Below the pieces are notes generated by a model that saw nothing but the letters and a program-made list of their open reading frames with translations, was not told where the DNA came from and ran no database searches. From positions 99,510,001-99,574,000 of the forward strand of contig OZ287751.1 in assembly GCA_965649765.1 (NCBI GenBank): DNA of 64,000 nt, read 5' to 3'. Origin of the DNA: Bispira polyomma. Lineage: Eukaryota. The position numbers were made by a program, and so were the translations under genes. Below are positions 62,650-64,000 of this stretch, one piece after another; positions within the stretch are counted from its first letter, which is position 1; each line of letters starts with the position of its first letter.

Positions 62650-63012
62650 AAGGCACAGTAACCCTGATAAATTATACCTTAACATTCCCACTTTCGACCC
62701 TCGCTTCCACAAATCCAAAGTTCAGTTTAATCACTGCCTAGCTCATGATGACCCCCTCATTTGGAACAACCTACCTGATCATGTTCGCTTGGCTCAAACT
62801 TTCTCCTCTTTCAGGAGTGAGCTGAAGGCCTACCTTTTTGAACAGGCTTTTCCACCTTAGCCGTCGCAACCATTTACGGTAGTTTTCCTGGTAACGACTT
62901 CCATCTGCCCACTATTATTGATTTTCAATTAATGTTTTGGGTTTGTTGCGCCTTAGAAGATTAAGCACTATAAAAGTACGACTAGATTAGATTAGACTAA
63001 CTTAGATTAGAT
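62650..63012 (+). mobile_element. L2-type LINE 3' end with (TTAGA)n tail
   Basis: WNNLPDHVR..FRSELKAYLF..AFPP* followed by a 3' UTR and TAGATTAGATTAGA repeats. Confidence 0.75.
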
Positions 63013-64000
63013 TACTTGCCGGAGGTCGGTAGTTTACATGCTACAGCACTGGTTTTTGCTCCCATTGAATCTGGGTGTCGTGATATGACATAAGCTGTGG
63101 AAAGCAACATCAAACCCAACCAAATTCGAAAAAAGAATATTGAAATTCTTGAGTAAAATTAATATGTCACAAAATAACTCGGACAGTCTTTACTAGACAT
63201 ATCTATATACCTTGGCTTAAAGTTTCTAAAAAGAAAAACATTTCATTTAGGTTTACATCAACTATTAACATTTTACTAATTTACCTGGAACACAAAAATT
63301 GTGATAACAATGCTGCATTGACTGATTCAAATGAAAATCAAAAACAATTAATTAGTTGAAATCTGAGTTCAAGTCTACACCCTCAGTTAAAAAATGCCAT
63401 TAATAAGTAAAGTCATCTAATCACTATATTCAGGAACATTTTTGTGACAGCTGCTTTTTGTAGGTAAATCTTTTTTTTTAAATTCCTACGAAGGGGACAT
63501 ATTAAGTTACATGAATTTCAATAAATTATTCTTTAAAAAAGGTCAGTATTGAGAAGATAGCATAATATGTCTATGTGGTTTCTATGGCAAGTGAAAAACG
63601 GGTCATGGAAATGGTTAACACAATACTACAAAATATTTCTGCAGAATAAAAAATATATATTTACTATTATATTTACTCAAATGAAAGGTTTCATATATTT
63701 ACAAATGTATATCCTAAATCATTTATCTTTTCATTATTTGGAAGAAATTGTAGAGTGGTACCACACACGCTGTTTGGGAGGTAAAACAAATATTTGTTGT
63801 TTTTACTCTGATTGAGTGTAGTGTTAAATGGATCATACCATTATTGTTTTCCCGAAGTGTTAATATCGTTTCCATTTGTATCTTTGAAATCATACTGTTA
63901 CATTATTCTTCTGACCTCTTACCTCTTCAAGATAGGCAAGATTTATTTTTAAATTTTGGGGACAAAGCAAAATTTGAAATTTCTCAAAAAGTAAAAAGCC

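Overview
AT-rich metazoan genomic DNA (probably lophotrochozoan; inferred only from the repeat and GPCR types). It holds one clear host gene, an uninterrupted class A GPCR ORF (15748-16938, -). Most of the other recognisable sequence is mobile DNA. There are at least seven tyrosine-recombinase (YR; DIRS/Ngaro-related) retrotransposon copies: A 7833-13281 (+, near-intact, nested inside B), B ~4062-14515 (-), C ~21028-25290 (-), E 35989-39148 (+), D ~46865-48480 (-), F ~54060-58190 (-), G ~58193-61070 (+), plus a relic H. Also present are a decayed L1/Tx1-type LINE whose ORF1 ends in an IMPACT-like domain, several L2/CR1-type LINE 3' fragments, three copies of a tRNA-derived SINE, and simple repeats. 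Comparing the diverged YR copies shows shared non-coding design. (1) A 3' array of short palindromes (consensus TTAAGGTNACCTTAA) with variable AT-rich spacers follows the recombinase gene; in A and G it is bracketed by a conserved inverted repeat. (2) A phase-1 splice donor in gag and a phase-1 acceptor just upstream of YR predict a spliced Gag(N)-recombinase fusion. (3) An A_AAA_AAC slippery site, with a hairpin in A and C, sits at the gag end. (4) The termini are short CAGTT...AACTG inverted repeats, with no obvious ICR, split direct repeats, methyltransferase or hydrolase. All of this was read by eye; boundaries of decayed copies are approximate.
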